Program-made: the position numbers and the translations under genes | Notes under the pieces: generated by a model | What the model was told of the DNA's origin: nothing | The model's database searches: none | The model's input: the letters and a program-made list of their open reading frames with translations, nothing else | Assembly: GCF_058153355.1 (NCBI RefSeq) | Contig: NZ_CM177019.1 | Reading direction: 5' to 3' (one strand) | DNA: 64,000 bases | Shown here: positions 1 through 15,335 of the stretch, in pieces | Layout: every line of letters starts with the position of its first letter | Numbering within the stretch: the first letter of the stretch is position 1

Positions 1-90
1 TGGATCTTCAAAATCAAAGCCAGCGATGAAAGCGAACTGGAATCACTGCTGGATGCGACCGCATACGAAGCATTGTTAGAAGACGAGTAA
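1..90 (+). CDS. gcvH: glycine cleavage system H protein, C-terminal fragment (gene begins upstream of window)
   Basis: Frame-1 translation ends ...[23 protein letters not shown] then TAA at 88-90, matching the GcvH C-terminus; gcvP follows as in the gcvTHP operon. Confidence 0.75.
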   Translation, partial: WIFKIKASDESELESLLDATAYEALLEDE

Positions 91-208
91 CAGCTTTATT
101 CCTCTTCTGCGGAAGAGGATCAGGGTGAGGAACATTTACGCCTCACCCTCACTCTCTTCGCAAGGAGAGAGGTTCACAATTCACTGCACGTTTCAGGAAC
201 CATCGCTC

Positions 209-3082
209 ATGACACAGACGTTAAGCCAGCTTGAAAACAGCGGCGCTTTTATTGAACGCCATATCGGACCGGACGCCGCGCAACAGCAAGAAATGCTGAA
301 TGCCGTTGGCGCACAATCGTTAAACGCGCTGACCGGCCAGATTGTGCCGAAAGATATTCAGCTTGCGACCCCGCCGCAGGTTGGCGCACCGGCGACCGAA
401 TACGCCGCGCTGGCGGAGCTCAAGGCTATTGCCAGTCGCAATAAACGCTTCACGTCTTACATCGGCATGGGTTACACCGCCGTGCAGCTACCGCCGGTTA
501 TTCTGCGTAACATGCTGGAAAATCCGGGCTGGTATACCGCGTATACTCCGTATCAACCTGAAGTCTCCCAGGGCCGCCTTGAAGCACTGCTCAACTTCCA
601 GCAGGTAACGCTGGATTTGACCGGGCTGGATATGGCTTCGGCTTCTCTTCTTGACGAAGCCACTGCTGCTGCCGAAGCAATGGCGATGGCAAAACGCGTC
701 AGTAAACTGAAAAATGCCAACCGCTTCTTCGTTGCTTCTGACGTGCATCCGCAAACCTTAGATGTAGTACGTACACGCGCAGAAACCTTTGGTTTTGAAG
801 TGATTGTCGACGATGCGCAAAAAGTTCTCGATCACCAGGACGTCTTCGGCGTGCTGTTACAGCAGGTTGGCACTACCGGTGAAATTCACGACTACACTGC
901 GCTTATCAGCGAACTGAAATCACGCAAAATTGTGGTCAGCGTCGCCGCCGATATTATGGCGCTGGTGCTGTTAACCGCGCCGGGTAAACAGGGCGCGGAT
1001 ATTGTCTTTGGTTCGGCGCAACGCTTCGGCGTGCCGATGGGCTACGGTGGCCCACATGCGGCATTCTTTGCGGCGAAAGATGAATACAAACGCTCAATGC
1101 CGGGCCGTATTATTGGTGTATCGAAAGATGCTGCGGGCAATACCGCGCTGCGCATGGCGATGCAGACTCGCGAGCAACATATTCGCCGTGAGAAAGCGAA
1201 CTCCAACATTTGTACTTCCCAGGTACTGCTGGCAAACATCGCCAGCCTGTATGCCGTTTATCACGGCCCGGTTGGCCTGAAACGTATCGCTAATCGCATC
1301 CACCGTCTGACCGATATCCTGGCAGCGGGCCTGCAACAAAAAGGTCTGAAGCTGCGCCATGCGCACTATTTCGATACTTTGTGTGTGGAAGTGGCCGACA
1401 AAGCGGGCGTGCTGGCGCGTGCCGAAGCGGCTGAAATCAACCTGCGTAGCGATATTCTGAATGCGGTTGGGATCACCCTTGATGAAACCACCACGCGCGA
1501 AAACGTGATGCAGCTTTTCAGCGTACTGCTGGGCGATAATCACGGACTGGACATCGACACGCTGGACAAAGACGTGGCTCACGACAGCCGTTCTATTCAG
1601 CCTGCAATGCTGCGCGATGACGAAATTCTCACCCATCCGGTGTTTAATCGCTACCACAGCGAAACCGAAATGATGCGCTATATGCACTCGCTGGAGCGTA
1701 AAGATCTGGCGCTGAATCAGGCGATGATCCCGCTGGGTTCCTGCACCATGAAACTGAACGCCGCCGCCGAGATGATCCCAATCACCTGGCCGGAATTTGC
1801 CGAACTGCACCCGTTCTGCCCGCCGGAACAGGCCGAAGGTTATCAGCAGATGATCGCGCAACTGGCTGACTGGCTGGTGAAACTGACCGGTTACGACGCC
1901 GTCTGTATGCAGCCGAACTCTGGCGCTCAGGGCGAATACGCGGGGCTGCTGGCGATTCGTCATTATCATGAAAGCCGCAACGAAGGGCATCGCGATATCT
2001 GCCTGATCCCGGCTTCTGCGCATGGCACTAACCCGGCTTCCGCGCATATGGCAGGAATGCAGGTGGTGGTTGTGGCGTGTGATAAAAACGGCAACATCGA
2101 TCTGACTGACCTGCGCGCGAAAGCGGAGCAGGCGGGCGATAATCTCTCCTGCATTATGGTGACCTATCCTTCCACCCACGGCGTGTACGAAGAAACGATC
2201 CGTGAAGTGTGTGAAATCGTGCATCAGTTCGGCGGTCAGGTTTACCTTGATGGCGCGAACATGAACGCTCAGGTTGGCATCACTTCGCCGGGCTTTATTG
2301 GCGCGGACGTTTCGCACCTTAACCTGCATAAAACTTTCTGCATTCCGCACGGCGGTGGTGGTCCGGGTATGGGACCGATCGGTGTGAAAGCGCATTTGGC
2401 ACCGTTTGTTCCGGGTCATAGTGTGGTGCAAATCGAAGGCATGTTAACCCGTCAGGGCGCGGTTTCTGCGGCACCGTTCGGTAGCGCTTCTATTCTGCCA
2501 ATTAGCTGGATGTACATCCGCATGATGGGCGCAGAAGGGCTGAAAAAAGCAAGCCAGGTGGCAATTCTTAACGCCAACTATATTGCCAGCCGCCTGCAGG
2601 ATGCCTTCCCGGTGCTGTATACCGGTCGCGACGGTCGCGTGGCGCACGAATGTATTCTCGATATTCGCCCGCTGAAAGAAGAAACCGGCATCAGCGAGCT
2701 GGATATTGCCAAGCGCCTGATCGACTACGGTTTTCACGCGCCGACTATGTCGTTCCCGGTGGCGGGGACGCTGATGGTAGAACCGACTGAATCTGAAAGC
2801 AAAGTGGAACTGGATCGCTTTATCGATGCGATGCTGTCTATCCGCGCAGAAATCGACCAGGTGAAAGCCGGTGTTTGGCCGCTGGAAGATAACCCGCTAG
2901 TGAACGCGCCGCACATTCAGAGCGAACTGGTCGCCGAGTGGGCGCATCCGTACAGCCGTGAAGTTGCAGTATTCCCGGCAGGCGTGGCAGACAAATACTG
3001 GCCGACAGTGAAACGTCTGGATGATGTTTATGGCGACCGTAACCTGTTCTGCTCCTGCGTACCGATTAGCGAATACCAGTAA
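209..3082 (+). CDS. gcvP: glycine dehydrogenase (decarboxylating), glycine cleavage system P protein (957 aa)
   Basis: ORF 125..3082; the canonical start [21 protein letters not shown] is the internal Met at 209, giving 957 aa as in E. coli GcvP; PLP-dependent glycine decarboxylase sequence recognised. Confidence 0.95.
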   Translation: MTQTLSQLENSGAFIERHIGPDAAQQQEMLNAVGAQSLNALTGQIVPKDIQLATPPQVGAPATEYAALAELKAIASRNKRFTSYIGMGYTAVQLPPVILRNMLENPGWYTAYTPYQPEVSQGRLEALLNFQQVTLDLTGLDMASASLLDEATAAAEAMAMAKRVSKLKNANRFFVASDVHPQTLDVVRTRAETFGFEVIVDDAQKVLDHQDVFGVLLQQVGTTGEIHDYTALISELKSRKIVVSVAADIMALVLLTAPGKQGADIVFGSAQRFGVPMGYGGPHAAFFAAKDEYKRSMPGRIIGVSKDAAGNTALRMAMQTREQHIRREKANSNICTSQVLLANIASLYAVYHGPVGLKRIANRIHRLTDILAAGLQQKGLKLRHAHYFDTLCVEVADKAGVLARAEAAEINLRSDILNAVGITLDETTTRENVMQLFSVLLGDNHGLDIDTLDKDVAHDSRSIQPAMLRDDEILTHPVFNRYHSETEMMRYMHSLERKDLALNQAMIPLGSCTMKLNAAAEMIPITWPEFAELHPFCPPEQAEGYQQMIAQLADWLVKLTGYDAVCMQPNSGAQGEYAGLLAIRHYHESRNEGHRDICLIPASAHGTNPASAHMAGMQVVVVACDKNGNIDLTDLRAKAEQAGDNLSCIMVTYPSTHGVYEETIREVCEIVHQFGGQVYLDGANMNAQVGITSPGFIGADVSHLNLHKTFCIPHGGGGPGMGPIGVKAHLAPFVPGHSVVQIEGMLTRQGAVSAAPFGSASILPISWMYIRMMGAEGLKKASQVAILNANYIASRLQDAFPVLYTGRDGRVAHECILDIRPLKEETGISELDIAKRLIDYGFHAPTMSFPVAGTLMVEPTESESKVELDRFIDAMLSIRAEIDQVKAGVWPLEDNPLVNAPHIQSELVAEWAHPYSREVAVFPAGVADKYWPTVKRLDDVYGDRNLFCSCVPISEYQ

Positions 3083-3104
3083 TTTACTGATCCGACTATC
3101 TTCT

Positions 3105-3124
3105 AAAGGCGCTTCGGCGCCTTT
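3105..3124 (+). terminator. GC hairpin aaaggcgcttcggcgccttt immediately after gcvP stop (first copy; no T-tract)
   Basis: Perfect inverted repeat ggcgc-ttcg-gcgcc read directly; identical hairpin recurs at 3278..3305 with a T-run. Confidence 0.5.
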
Positions 3125-3159
3125 GACACTGATGTCAAACTCAACATTGCCTGATACAC

Positions 3160-3245
3160 CTCGTTTATCAGGCCTACATAGTCTGTGCAATGTATTGAAT
3201 TTGCACGATTTTGTAGGCTGGATAAGGCGTTCACGCCGCATCCGG
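3160..3245. repeat. REP/BIME element (gcctgat..atcaggcctac and gccggatgcggcgtgaacgccttatccagcctac palindromic units)
   Basis: Sequence matches the Enterobacterial repetitive extragenic palindrome consensus (Y and Z-type units in opposite orientation). Confidence 0.7.
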
Positions 3246-3277
3246 CATAATAAAAGCACTTTGTCATCAATAATTTG

Positions 3278-3305
3278 AAAGGCGCTTCGGCGCCTTTATT
3301 TTTTT
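3278..3305 (+). terminator. rho-independent terminator (aaaggcgcttcggcgccttt + tattttttt)
   Basis: GC hairpin followed by T8 run directly upstream of the ygfF RBS. Confidence 0.7.
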
Positions 3306-3315
3306 AGGAAAACAA

Positions 3316-4059
3316 ATGACTATAGCACTTGTGACCGGTGGCAGTCGCGGCATCGGGCGGGCAACTGCATTACTGTTGGCGCAAGAAGGATATACGGTGG
3401 CGGTTAATTATCAGCAAAACCGCCACGCAGCGCAGGAAGTTGTGAACTTAATAACTGAAGCAGGTGGCAAAGCGTTTGCGCTCCAGGCGGATATCAGTGA
3501 CGAAAATCAGGTCATCGCAATGTTTACAGCAATCGATCAGCACGATGAACCGCTAGCCGCGCTGGTCAATAACGCCGGGATCTTGTTTACCCAGTGCACC
3601 GTAGAAAACCTTACCGCAGAGCGAATCAACCGGGTACTTTCCACCAATGTGACGGGATATTTTCTCTGTTGCCGCGAGGCGGTAAAACGCATGGCGCTTA
3701 AAAATGGCGGTAATGGCGGTGCTATCGTCAATGTCTCTTCAGTGGCCTCACGGCTGGGATCTCCGGGGGAATACGTTGATTATGCGGCCTCGAAAGGGGC
3801 GATTGATACGTTAACCACCGGACTATCGCTGGAAGTCGCCGCGCAGGGGATCCGCGTTAACGGCGTGCGGCCAGGGTTTATTTATACCGAAATGCACGCC
3901 AGCGGTGGCGAGCCTGGACGCGTTGATCGCGTTAAGTCGAATATCCCCATGCAGCGTGGCGGACAGGCGGAAGAGGTCGCGCAGGCCATCGTCTGGCTGT
4001 TAAGTGATAAAGCCTCTTATGTCACGGGAAGTTTTATCGATTTGGCGGGTGGAAAATAA
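3316..4059 (+). CDS. ygfF: short-chain dehydrogenase/reductase family oxidoreductase (247 aa)
   Basis: N-terminal TGGSRGIGRA Rossmann motif and YAASK catalytic motif of SDRs; position between gcvP and bglA as in E. coli. Confidence 0.9.
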   Translation: MTIALVTGGSRGIGRATALLLAQEGYTVAVNYQQNRHAAQEVVNLITEAGGKAFALQADISDENQVIAMFTAIDQHDEPLAALVNNAGILFTQCTVENLTAERINRVLSTNVTGYFLCCREAVKRMALKNGGNGGAIVNVSSVASRLGSPGEYVDYAASKGAIDTLTTGLSLEVAAQGIRVNGVRPGFIYTEMHASGGEPGRVDRVKSNIPMQRGGQAEEVAQAIVWLLSDKASYVTGSFIDLAGGK

Positions 4060-4077
4060 AACAGGACAGTTGTCTGA

Positions 4078-4108
4078 CCGGATGCAACGCAACAAGTATT
4101 GCATCCGG
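4078..4108. terminator. bidirectional hairpin terminator between convergent ygfF and bglA (ccggatgcaa..ttgcatccgg)
   Basis: 10-bp perfect inverted repeat with 11-nt loop between two convergent stop codons. Confidence 0.6.
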
Positions 4109-4120
4109 TACTTCATCGAC

Positions 4121-5581
<1,461 letters not shown>

Positions 5582-5598
5582 TTACAGGAAATAGTACC

Positions 5599-5910
5599 AT
5601 GCAGCCAAACGACATCACTTTTTTTCAACGTTTCCAGGATGACATTCTGGCTGGGCGTAAAACCATCACCATCCGCGACGAGTCTGAATCGCACTTCAAA
5701 ACGGGTGATGTGCTTCGTGTCGGGCGCTTTGAAGATGACGGTTATTTTTGCACGATTGAAGTCACTGCAACCTCAACCGTAACGCTGGATACACTGACGG
5801 AAAAACATGCAGAGCAGGAAAATATGCCCCTGACTGATCTGAAAAAGGTCATTGCCGATATCTATCCCGGCCAGACACAGTTTTATGTGATTGAATTTAA
5901 ATGCCTTTAA
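5599..5910 (+). CDS. yqfB: ASCH-domain protein (103 aa)
   Basis: 103-aa ORF matching E. coli YqfB in size and position; RBS-spaced ATG. Confidence 0.85.
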   Translation: MQPNDITFFQRFQDDILAGRKTITIRDESESHFKTGDVLRVGRFEDDGYFCTIEVTATSTVTLDTLTEKHAEQENMPLTDLKKVIADIYPGQTQFYVIEFKCL

Positions 5911-6070
5911 ATTGAACTCACGCCTGTTAGTTGAAATTTCGCATTTAATTTCATGATTTTTCGGAGATTAGTCTCAAATCAGAATTTATTTTAGCTAACA
6001 GGTGTTCACTGGAACTATTCTCAGTTACGCTGGAGAAGTGTTCACGTGCGTGTACGTTTCTCCGGAGTAA

Positions 6071-6733
<663 letters not shown>

Positions 6734-6745
6734 TGAGTGTGCCTT

Positions 6746-6776
<31 letters not shown>

Positions 6777-6806
6777 TCTACCCCGGTTTCCCAGATTGCA
6801 GGCATG

Positions 6807-8200
<1,394 letters not shown>

Positions 8201-8207
8201 CAGAGAT

Positions 8208-9188
8208 TTACTCTTCGAGCGAATACGGCAGCGGCTCGATATGCAATGTATTCATATCGTCGCGTACGCGGAAGATGCTGTCCGGTTCCATATCGTTATT
8301 CATGACGACCTGTACCACGACCTGACCATCTTCCAGTTTTACCGCAGCCAGCACCGTACCGGTACGACGCCAGTTCTCGCCCATTTTCAGCTCTAAATCT
8401 TCACCCGCTTCCGGCAGTCGGCTGGCGCTACCTGCCAGCAGCCAGAGGGCACGTTTGTTGGCACCGCGGAATTTAGCTCGTGCCACCATCTCTTGTCCGG
8501 TATAACAGCCTTTTTTAAAGCTGATGCCGCCCAGCGCCTGGAGGTTGGTCGCCTGTGGGATAAACTGCCCGCTGTTGGCGGCATCAATCACCGGAAAACC
8601 CGCTTCAATGTTTAATGCCAGCCACTGTTGGCTATTGTTCAGTTCCGCTTCACCGCGCAGTTTATCGGTCAGCGTATTGGCGGTAGCTTCATCGGTTACG
8701 ATCAGGAAACGTTCTGCTGGGTGTTCAAACCATAGCAGGGTAGTCGCACCTTCTCTGATAACCTGCTTTTCCTTCGAAGGTAATTCACTAAAGAGGTTAG
8801 CCAGCGCAGCGCGTGCCTGAAAACCGGCAACACCAAGCAGCACACGTTCATCGTCTGGCGCGATGGTCACTTTAGAGAACACCGCATATTTTTTCAGTTC
8901 AGTCAGTTGCGACTCGCGCACGCTGCGCCGTTCAATCCACGCAAAGCCATCGCCGTCGCGGAACAGACGTAAATTGCTCCACATTTTACCTTTGGCGTCG
9001 CAATGGGCGGCGAGCAGGTGCTGATCTTCTGTCATCTGGCTGACATCTGCTGTCACCTGACCCTGCATATATTTTTCGCTGTCCGTGCCAGTAATGGTGG
9101 CAAGCGCCCAGTCATCAAGCGTCATCAGCGTCAGCGGTAAACGGGCAGAAGCCGTAGGCTGACGGGGAGGAAAAGGTGTAAAAGCCAT
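8208..9188 (-). CDS. ygfZ: folate-binding tRNA-modification / Fe-S cluster repair protein (326 aa)
   Basis: ORF 8208..9254; canonical start [27 protein letters not shown] (326 aa); GcvT-like fold protein at expected position. Confidence 0.9.
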   Translation of the reverse strand: MAFTPFPPRQPTASARLPLTLMTLDDWALATITGTDSEKYMQGQVTADVSQMTEDQHLLAAHCDAKGKMWSNLRLFRDGDGFAWIERRSVRESQLTELKKYAVFSKVTIAPDDERVLLGVAGFQARAALANLFSELPSKEKQVIREGATTLLWFEHPAERFLIVTDEATANTLTDKLRGEAELNNSQQWLALNIEAGFPVIDAANSGQFIPQATNLQALGGISFKKGCYTGQEMVARAKFRGANKRALWLLAGSASRLPEAGEDLELKMGENWRRTGTVLAAVKLEDGQVVVQVVMNNDMEPDSIFRVRDDMNTLHIEPLPYSLEE

Positions 9189-9427
9189 AATGGAGTCCTG
9201 TTTTACAAACGGCGTATTTATGACTAATGGTAAAAGAGCTATGAGGCAATGCAAGTGCTTTCACTACGCGATCTGTGCCTTCTGATATGCTTTGCGAGGC
9301 GACTTCCAAAAAAATGAAGCCCTTGAAATATTGTGGGTTAATTTCGCGATCGCGATTGTGTTTACTGATATTCCCGCAAAAGAAGTCGAAAAACACGTTA
9401 CAATAGCCTGGTACTGGATTTTCGTGA

Positions 9428-10094
<667 letters not shown>

Positions 10095-10133
10095 AGATGA
10101 CGGCAAAGGCTGTGTGCTAAGCCGTCAGTGACA

Positions 10134-10655
10134 TCAGGCGTAATGCTCTGCCATTTCGTTGAGGATTTGCTCGCACCAGCTCTGAATACGCTCGTCGCTA
10201 AGGTCATACTGGTTAGTTTCGTCCAGTGCCAGACCCACGAACAGTTGCCCGTCAGCAATCACCGGTTTCGGGCTGGTAAACTCATATCCTTCCGTTGGCC
10301 AGTAGCCGACGAACTTCACGCCTTTGGTCGAGAGTTTGTCATGCAGCATGCCGAGCGCATCGAGGAACCACTCGCCGTACCCCAGTTGATCGCCAAGCCC
10401 ATACAGCGCAACAATTTTACCTTCGAGATTCAGGTCGTCGAGCTGATCCCAGACGGCTTCCCAGTCTTCCTGGATTTCGCCAAAATCCCAGGTCGGGATA
10501 CCCAGAATGAGCACATCGTACTGCTCCATTAATTTCGGGGAGTCGTCCTTGAGGTTATGTAAGGTCACCAGTTCTGGGCCGATAATATCGCGGATTTTTT
10601 CTGCCGCCATTTCGGTATAACAGGTGCTGGAACCATAAAAAAGACCCATATTCAT
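10134..10655 (-). CDS. fldB: flavodoxin 2 (173 aa)
   Basis: Long-chain flavodoxin with T(G)xT FMN-binding loop near N-terminus ([15 protein letters not shown]); 173 aa. Confidence 0.93.
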
Positions 10656-10766
10656 AACGTAAGCTTCTCGATTCTGCTGTGGCTTTTGCGGCTAGTGTAT
10701 CAGAATCGCTTTAGTCACGGCACAATAAGGCATAATGGATCAAATGAGTGACCATAAGGGGCGCAA

Positions 10767-11663
10767 GTGAAACAGGATCTGGCACGCATCGAGCAGTTTC
10801 TTGATGCTCTGTGGCTGGAAAAAAATCTGGCTGAAAATACGTTGAACGCATACCGTCGCGATCTGTCAATGATGGTGGAGTGGTTGCATCACCGCGGGTT
10901 GACGCTGGCGACGGCGCAAAGTGACGATTTGCAGGCATTACTGGCAGAACGGCTGGAGGGCGGGTATAAAGCCACCAGCTCAGCGCGTTTGCTGAGTGCA
11001 GTGCGACGATTGTTCCAGTATCTTTATCGCGAAAACTTTCGTGAAGACGATCCCAGCGCGCATCTGGCTTCGCCGAAATTGCCCCAGCGTTTGCCAAAAG
11101 ATTTAAGCGAAGCGCAGGTCGAACGATTATTACAGGCACCATTAATTGATCAGCCACTGGAGCTGCGCGATAAAGCCATGCTTGAAGTGTTGTATGCTAC
11201 CGGGCTGCGTGTCTCTGAACTGGTCGGGCTGACAATGAGTGATATCAGCCTGCGTCAGGGCGTAGTGCGGGTCATTGGTAAAGGCAACAAAGAACGCCTT
11301 GTGCCGTTAGGTGAAGAGGCGGTTTACTGGCTGGAAACTTATCTGGAACACGGGCGACCGTGGTTGCTAAACGGTGTGTCGATTGACGTGTTGTTTCCCA
11401 GCCAGCGCGCGCAGCAGATGACGAGACAAACCTTCTGGCACCGCATTAAACATTATGCTGTGCTGGCGGGGATCGACAGCGAAAAGCTGTCACCGCATGT
11501 GTTGCGTCACGCCTTTGCCACTCATTTATTAAATCATGGTGCGGATTTACGCGTGGTTCAGATGCTACTGGGCCACAGCGATCTTTCCACCACGCAAATT
11601 TATACGCATGTCGCTACCGAGCGTCTGCGGCAACTTCATCAACAGCATCACCCGCGGGCGTGA
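10767..11663 (+). CDS. xerD: site-specific tyrosine recombinase XerD (298 aa)
   Basis: 298 aa, C-terminal R..HxxR..Y catalytic motifs (HVLRHAFATHLL, LGHSDLSTTQIYTH). Confidence 0.95.
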   Translation: MKQDLARIEQFLDALWLEKNLAENTLNAYRRDLSMMVEWLHHRGLTLATAQSDDLQALLAERLEGGYKATSSARLLSAVRRLFQYLYRENFREDDPSAHLASPKLPQRLPKDLSEAQVERLLQAPLIDQPLELRDKAMLEVLYATGLRVSELVGLTMSDISLRQGVVRVIGKGNKERLVPLGEEAVYWLETYLEHGRPWLLNGVSIDVLFPSQRAQQMTRQTFWHRIKHYAVLAGIDSEKLSPHVLRHAFATHLLNHGADLRVVQMLLGHSDLSTTQIYTHVATERLRQLHQQHHPRA

Positions 11664-11687
11664 TGTCTGAAAAGAACGGGAAGATTT

Positions 11688-12398
11688 ATGAAGAAAGGTT
11701 TTATGTTATTTACGTTGTTGGCGGCGTTTTCTGGTTTTGCTCAGGCTGATGACGCGGCAATTCAACAAACGTTAGCCAAAATGGGCATCAAAAGCAGCGA
11801 TATTCAGCCTGCACCCGTGGCTGGCATGAAGACAGTTCTGACTAACAGCGGTGTGTTGTACATCACCGATGACGGTAAACATATCATTCAGGGGCCAATG
11901 TATGACGTTAGCGGAACGGCTCCGGTCAATGTCACCAATAAGATGCTGTTAAAGCAACTGAACGCGCTTGAAAACGAGATGATCGTTTATAAAGCGCCGC
12001 AGGAAAAACACGTCATTACCGTGTTTACTGATATTACCTGTGGTTACTGCCACAAACTGCATGAGCAAATGGCAGACTACAACGCGCTGGGGATCACCGT
12101 GCGTTATCTTGCTTTCCCTCGCCAGGGGCTGGAGAGCCAGGCTGAGCAACAAATGAAAGCCATCTGGTGTGCGAAAGATAAAAAGAAAGCGTTTGATGAT
12201 GTGATGGCGGGTAAAGCTGCCACTCCGGCAAGTTGCGATATCGATATTGCCGATCATTACGCACTTGGCGTCCAGCTTGGCGTTAGTGGCACTCCGGCAA
12301 TTGTGCTGAGCAATGGCACACTTGTTCCGGGTTACCAGCCGCCGAAAGAGATGAAAGAATTCCTCGACGAACACCAAAAAATGACCAGCGGTAAATAA
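11688..12398 (+). CDS. dsbC: periplasmic disulfide isomerase DsbC (236 aa)
   Basis: Signal peptide + CGYC thioredoxin active site (TDITCGYCHKL). Confidence 0.95.
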   Translation: MKKGFMLFTLLAAFSGFAQADDAAIQQTLAKMGIKSSDIQPAPVAGMKTVLTNSGVLYITDDGKHIIQGPMYDVSGTAPVNVTNKMLLKQLNALENEMIVYKAPQEKHVITVFTDITCGYCHKLHEQMADYNALGITVRYLAFPRQGLESQAEQQMKAIWCAKDKKKAFDDVMAGKAATPASCDIDIADHYALGVQLGVSGTPAIVLSNGTLVPGYQPPKEMKEFLDEHQKMTSGK

Positions 12399-12403
12399 TT
12401 CGC

Positions 12404-14137
12404 GTGAAACAACAGATACAACTTCGTCGCCGTGAAGTCGATGAAACGGCAGACTTGCCCGCTGAATTGCCTCCCTTGCTGCGCCGTTTATATGCCAGCC
12501 GGGGAGTACGCAGTGCGCAAGAACTGGAACGTAGTGTAAAAGGTATGCTGCCCTGGCAGCAACTGAGCGGCGTCGAAAAGGCCGTTGAGATCCTTTACAA
12601 CGCTTTTCGCGAAGGAACGCGGATTATGGTGGTCGGTGACTTCGACGCCGACGGTGCCACCAGCACGGCTCTAAGCGTGCTGGCGATGCGCTCGCTTGGT
12701 TGCAGCAATATCGACTACCTGGTACCAAACCGTTTCGAAGACGGTTACGGCTTAAGCCCGGAAGTGGTCGATCAGGCCCATGCCCGTGGCGCGCAGTTAA
12801 TTGTCACGGTGGATAACGGCATTTCCTCCCATGCGGGGGTTGAACATGCTCGATCGTTGGGCATTCCGGTTATTGTTACCGATCACCATTTGCCGGGCGA
12901 AACATTACCCGCGGCGGAAGCGATCATTAACCCTAACTTGCGCGACTGCAATTTCCCGTCGAAATCACTGGCAGGCGTGGGTGTGGCGTTTTATTTAATG
13001 CTGGCGCTGCGCACCTTTTTGCGTGATCAGGGCTGGTTTGATGAGCGCGGCATCGCAATTCCTAACCTGGCAGAACTGCTGGATCTGGTCGCGTTGGGGA
13101 CAGTGGCGGACGTCGTGCCGCTGGACGCTAATAATCGCATTCTGACCTGGCAGGGGATGAGTCGCATCCGTGCCGGAAAGTGCCGTCCAGGGATTAAAGC
13201 GTTGCTGGAAGTGGCCAACCGCGATGCGCAAAAACTCGCCGCCAGCGATTTAGGTTTTGCGCTGGGGCCACGTCTCAATGCAGCTGGGAGACTGGATGAT
13301 ATGTCCGTTGGTGTGGCGCTGTTGCTGTGCGACAACATCGGCGAAGCGCGAGTACTGGCAAATGAACTCGATGCGCTAAACCAGACGCGAAAAGAGATCG
13401 AACAGGGAATGCAGGTTGAAGCCCTGACCCTGTGCGAGAAACTGGAGCGCAGCCGCGACACGCTACCCGGCGGGCTGGCAATGTATCACCCGGAATGGCA
13501 TCAGGGCGTGGTTGGTATTCTGGCTTCGCGTATTAAAGAGCGTTTTCACCGTCCGGTTATCGCTTTTGCGCCTGCGGGTGACGGTACGCTGAAAGGTTCC
13601 GGTCGCTCCATTCAGGGGCTGCATATGCGTGATGCGCTGGAGCGGCTAGACACACTCTACCCCGGCATGATGCTGAAGTTTGGCGGTCATGCGATGGCGG
13701 CAGGCCTGTCGCTGGAAGAGGATAAATTCGAACTCTTTCAGCAACGGTTTGGCGAACTGGTTACTGAGTGGCTGGACCCTTCGCTATTGCAAGGCGAAGT
13801 GGTGTCAGACGGTCCGCTAAGCCCAGCCGAAATGACCATGGAAGTGGCGCAGCTGCTGCGCGATGCTGGCCCGTGGGGGCAGATGTTCCCGGAGCCGCTG
13901 TTTGACGGTCATTTCCGTCTGCTGCAACAGCGACTGGTGGGTGAACGTCATTTGAAAGTCATGGTCGAACCGGTCGGCGGCGGTCCGCTGCTGGACGGTA
14001 TTGCTTTTAATGTCGATACCGCCCTCTGGCCGGATAACGGCGTGCGCGAAGTGCAACTGGCTTACAAGCTGGATATCAACGAGTTTCGTGGCAACCGCAG
14101 CCTGCAAATTATCATCGACAATATCTGGCCAATTTAG
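12404..14137 (+). CDS. recJ: single-stranded-DNA-specific 5'-3' exonuclease RecJ (577 aa)
   Basis: DHH phosphoesterase motifs (VVGDFDADG, DHH) and DHHA1 domain. Confidence 0.95.
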   Translation: MKQQIQLRRREVDETADLPAELPPLLRRLYASRGVRSAQELERSVKGMLPWQQLSGVEKAVEILYNAFREGTRIMVVGDFDADGATSTALSVLAMRSLGCSNIDYLVPNRFEDGYGLSPEVVDQAHARGAQLIVTVDNGISSHAGVEHARSLGIPVIVTDHHLPGETLPAAEAIINPNLRDCNFPSKSLAGVGVAFYLMLALRTFLRDQGWFDERGIAIPNLAELLDLVALGTVADVVPLDANNRILTWQGMSRIRAGKCRPGIKALLEVANRDAQKLAASDLGFALGPRLNAAGRLDDMSVGVALLLCDNIGEARVLANELDALNQTRKEIEQGMQVEALTLCEKLERSRDTLPGGLAMYHPEWHQGVVGILASRIKERFHRPVIAFAPAGDGTLKGSGRSIQGLHMRDALERLDTLYPGMMLKFGGHAMAAGLSLEEDKFELFQQRFGELVTEWLDPSLLQGEVVSDGPLSPAEMTMEVAQLLRDAGPWGQMFPEPLFDGHFRLLQQRLVGERHLKVMVEPVGGGPLLDGIAFNVDTALWPDNGVREVQLAYKLDINEFRGNRSLQIIIDNIWPI

Positions 14138-14227
14138 CGTCATATTATCTATAAAAAAGAGCGTGGATTGGGTACAATCCCGCTCTTATCACCGCATTTT
14201 GACTAGCTCAATAAAAGAAATCAGACC

Positions 14228-15326
14228 ATGTTTGAAATTAATCCGGTAAATAATCGCATTCAGGACCTCACGGAACGCTCCGACGTTCTTAGGGGGTATC
14301 TTTGACTACGACGCCAAGAAAGAGCGTCTGGAAGAAGTAAACGCCGAGCTGGAACAGCCGGATGTCTGGAACGAACCCGAACGCGCACAGGCGCTGGGTA
14401 AAGAGCGTTCCTCCCTCGAAGCCGTTGTCGACACCCTCGACCAAATGAAACAGGGGCTGGAAGATGTTTCTGGTCTGCTGGAGCTGGCTGTAGAAGCTGA
14501 CGACGAAGAAACCTTTAACGAAGCCGTTGCTGAACTCGACGCCCTGGAAGAAAAACTGGCGCAGCTTGAGTTCCGTCGTATGTTCTCTGGCGAATATGAT
14601 AGCGCCGACTGCTACCTCGATATTCAGGCAGGTTCTGGCGGTACGGAAGCACAGGACTGGGCGAGCATGCTTGAGCGTATGTATCTGCGCTGGGCTGAAT
14701 CGCGTGGTTTCAAAACTGAAATCATCGAAGAGTCGGAAGGTGAAGTGGCGGGTATTAAATCCGTGACTATCAAAATCTCCGGCGATTACGCTTACGGCTG
14801 GCTGCGTACTGAAACCGGCGTTCACCGCCTGGTGCGCAAGAGCCCGTTTGACTCCGGCGGTCGTCGCCACACGTCGTTCAGCTCCGCGTTTGTTTACCCG
14901 GAAGTCGATGATGATATCGATATCGAAATCAATCCGGCGGATCTGCGCATCGACGTTTATCGCGCATCCGGCGCGGGTGGTCAGCACGTTAACCGTACCG
15001 AATCTGCGGTGCGTATTACTCACATCCCAACCGGGATTGTGACCCAATGCCAGAACGACCGTTCCCAGCACAAGAACAAAGACCAGGCCATGAAGCAGAT
15101 GAAAGCGAAGCTTTATGAACTGGAGATGCAGAAGAAAAATGCCGAGAAACAGGCGATGGAAGATAACAAATCTGACATCGGCTGGGGCAGCCAGATTCGT
15201 TCTTATGTCCTTGATGACTCCCGCATTAAAGATCTGCGTACCGGGGTAGAAACTCGTAACACGCAGGCAGTGCTGGACGGCAGCCTGGATCAATTTATCG
15301 AAGCAAGTTTGAAAGCAGGGTTATGA
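14228..15326 (+). CDS. prfB: peptide chain release factor 2, requires programmed +1 frameshift: join(14228..14302,14304..15326)
   Basis: ORF0 [25 protein letters not shown] then in-frame TGA at 14303-14305 within AGGGGGTATCTTTGAC (SD-like + CUU UGA C slippery site); +1 frame continues [11 protein letters not shown]...; GGQ motif present (SGAGGQHVN). Confidence 0.93.
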
Positions 15327-15335
15327 GGAACCAAC

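Noticed and set aside
1094-2431. 445-aa minus-strand ORF inside gcvP
   Set aside because: Antisense shadow ORF of a highly expressed, well-recognised gene; no RBS, biased composition (R/H/V rich).
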